The translations under genes were made by a program, and so were the position numbers. DNA of 64,000 nucleotides. Source: Candidatus Woesebacteria bacterium (lineage in GTDB: Bacteria; Patescibacteriota; Microgenomatia; UBA1400; UBA1396). The notes beneath the pieces are model-generated. The model saw only the letters and a program-made list of their open reading frames with translations, searched no databases and was not told the origin of the DNA. Location of the stretch: assembly GCA_021208605.1 (NCBI GenBank), contig JAJOJK010000005.1:10214-74213 (forward strand). Reading direction: 5' to 3'. This document shows positions 63,244 to 64,000 of the stretch, piece after piece (position 1 is the first letter of the stretch; the number at the start of each line of letters is the position of its first letter).

Positions 63244-64000
63244 ACGCTGCTACCTCTTTCCTCTCACCCCTGCAAACTCGGTGGCGCTCATTTCGCCAGT
63301 CGCGCTGGTTTTCACCGGTACTCGTGGTACTGATTAGCCTGGCCTTTATTGCTACACATGTCTTCGCGCTCCATGCCCTGCCTGTTTTTGCCGACGAAGC
63401 GATCTACATTCGCTGGGCGCAACTCATCCAACACGAACCGCAGCGATATCTCTTTTTCGCTTTAAATGATGGAAAACCACCCTTGTTTATCTGGCTGGTG
63501 AGCGGAGCACTTTCTTTGTTTCCGCAATCGATTGATGCTGTTTGGATTGCCCGCTTTGTCAGTGTTTTAGTTGGTTTGGTACAGCTCTGGGTTCTCGACG
63601 CCATTGTCCGCCAGCTTCAAGGGAAATCACTGACGCGCTTTGCGGCCGGAATCATTGTCTTTACCGCTCCCTTTTGGACGTTTCACCACCGCATTGGCCT
63701 CATGGACGGACTCCTCACGCTCGGGCTCTCTCTGAGCTTCTGGGGTCTACTCGGGTTACAACAAACCACGCTCCTCCCCAAAACGCAAAAAAAACTCTGG
63801 CGCGAACGGGTCCTCTTTACCGTACTCGCTGGTCTCGGCCTGGGCCTCGGACTGTGGACCAAAACGCCCGCTCTCTTTTTCACACCGGTATTCGTGCTTC
63901 TGGCCTATCTCGCCCCTTTCTGGCTCGATGATTTCCGCTGGCAGGGAATAACACCCCAATGGCTCTTTACGCGCACACTGTGGTTTGGCGCCGCTGGAGC
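63240..64000 (+). CDS. ArnT/PMT-like GT-C membrane glycosyltransferase (partial, continues beyond the window)
   Basis: The first loop carries PVFADEAIYIRWAQ (DE motif), followed by multiple TMs. No stop within the window. Confidence 0.55.
   Translation, partial: MNAATSFLSPLQTRWRSFRQSRWFSPVLVVLISLAFIATHVFALHALPVFADEAIYIRWAQLIQHEPQRYLFFALNDGKPPLFIWLVSGALSLFPQSIDAVWIARFVSVLVGLVQLWVLDAIVRQLQGKSLTRFAAGIIVFTAPFWTFHHRIGLMDGLLTLGLSLSFWGLLGLQQTTLLPKTQKKLWRERVLFTVLAGLGLGLGLWTKTPALFFTPVFVLLAYLAPFWLDDFRWQGITPQWLFTRTLWFGAAG

Noticed and set aside
1-64000. CRISPR arrays, rRNA genes, transposases
   Set aside because: I scanned the intergenic regions for regularly spaced direct repeats and for 16S/23S/5S-like sequence and found none. 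The only repeat structures are the inverted repeats and att-like copies described above.

Overview
The window is densely coding and has standard-code bacterial gene structure. Most of it is about 50-58% GC. TAA is the dominant stop codon, but TAG is also a real stop here (CAP gene at 10311-10313). The main content, in order:
- 1-10313: a surface-glycan cluster with two GT2 genes, a GT4, a PMT-type GT-C, a Wzy_C/O-antigen-ligase-like protein, DUF167, rmlB-rmlC-rmlD, and a membrane-anchored CAP-domain protein.
- Two paralogous XRE-HTH + 4-TM membrane protein modules, each with a TGTAA/TTACA palindrome upstream.
- A DipZ-like CcdA-thioredoxin fusion, a GIY-YIG protein, a clan GH-A hydrolase, greA, and a DUF2207 protein.
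- About 24.1-28.5 kb: a sharply low-GC (about 35%) island encoding a MacAB-like ABC exporter (ATPase, FtsX permease, HlyD adaptor), a lipoprotein and a DUF2202 protein. It sits next to tRNA-Ser(GCU) and is flanked by degenerate copies of the tRNA 3' end.
- An RNA-metabolism block: RNase J, PNPase, rpsO, a tRNA with anticodon CAU, HU, RNase Y, Lon, a DEAD-box helicase, PcrA/UvrD, a UvrD-RecB-type helicase-nuclease, truB, and a TsaC-TsaE fusion followed by tsaD.
- Cell-envelope genes: LCP, FemAB, alr, and several further GT-C membrane glycosyltransferases.
- Most notable: a family-4 uracil-DNA glycosylase gene bounded by 23-nt perfect inverted repeats, sitting next to a Lon paralog that has the AAA+ module but no protease domain.
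- A strong promoter / roughly 190-nt transcribed region / intrinsic terminator unit in front of a hypothetical gene, which is a candidate sRNA or cis-regulatory leader.
- Arg/Gly-rich or basic tails on PNPase, the DEAD-box helicase and RNase Y.
- Many genes look leaderless, with a -10 box 6-12 nt upstream of the start codon.
- Five conserved genes (DUF2207, RNase J, lon, tsaD, truB) are interrupted by frameshifts that all fall in homopolymer runs, so these are most likely assembly indels. RNase J also carries an in-frame TAG.
- No CRISPR array, rRNA, transposase or integrase was seen.
All calls rest on reading the translations and the nucleotide sequence by eye; no searches were run.
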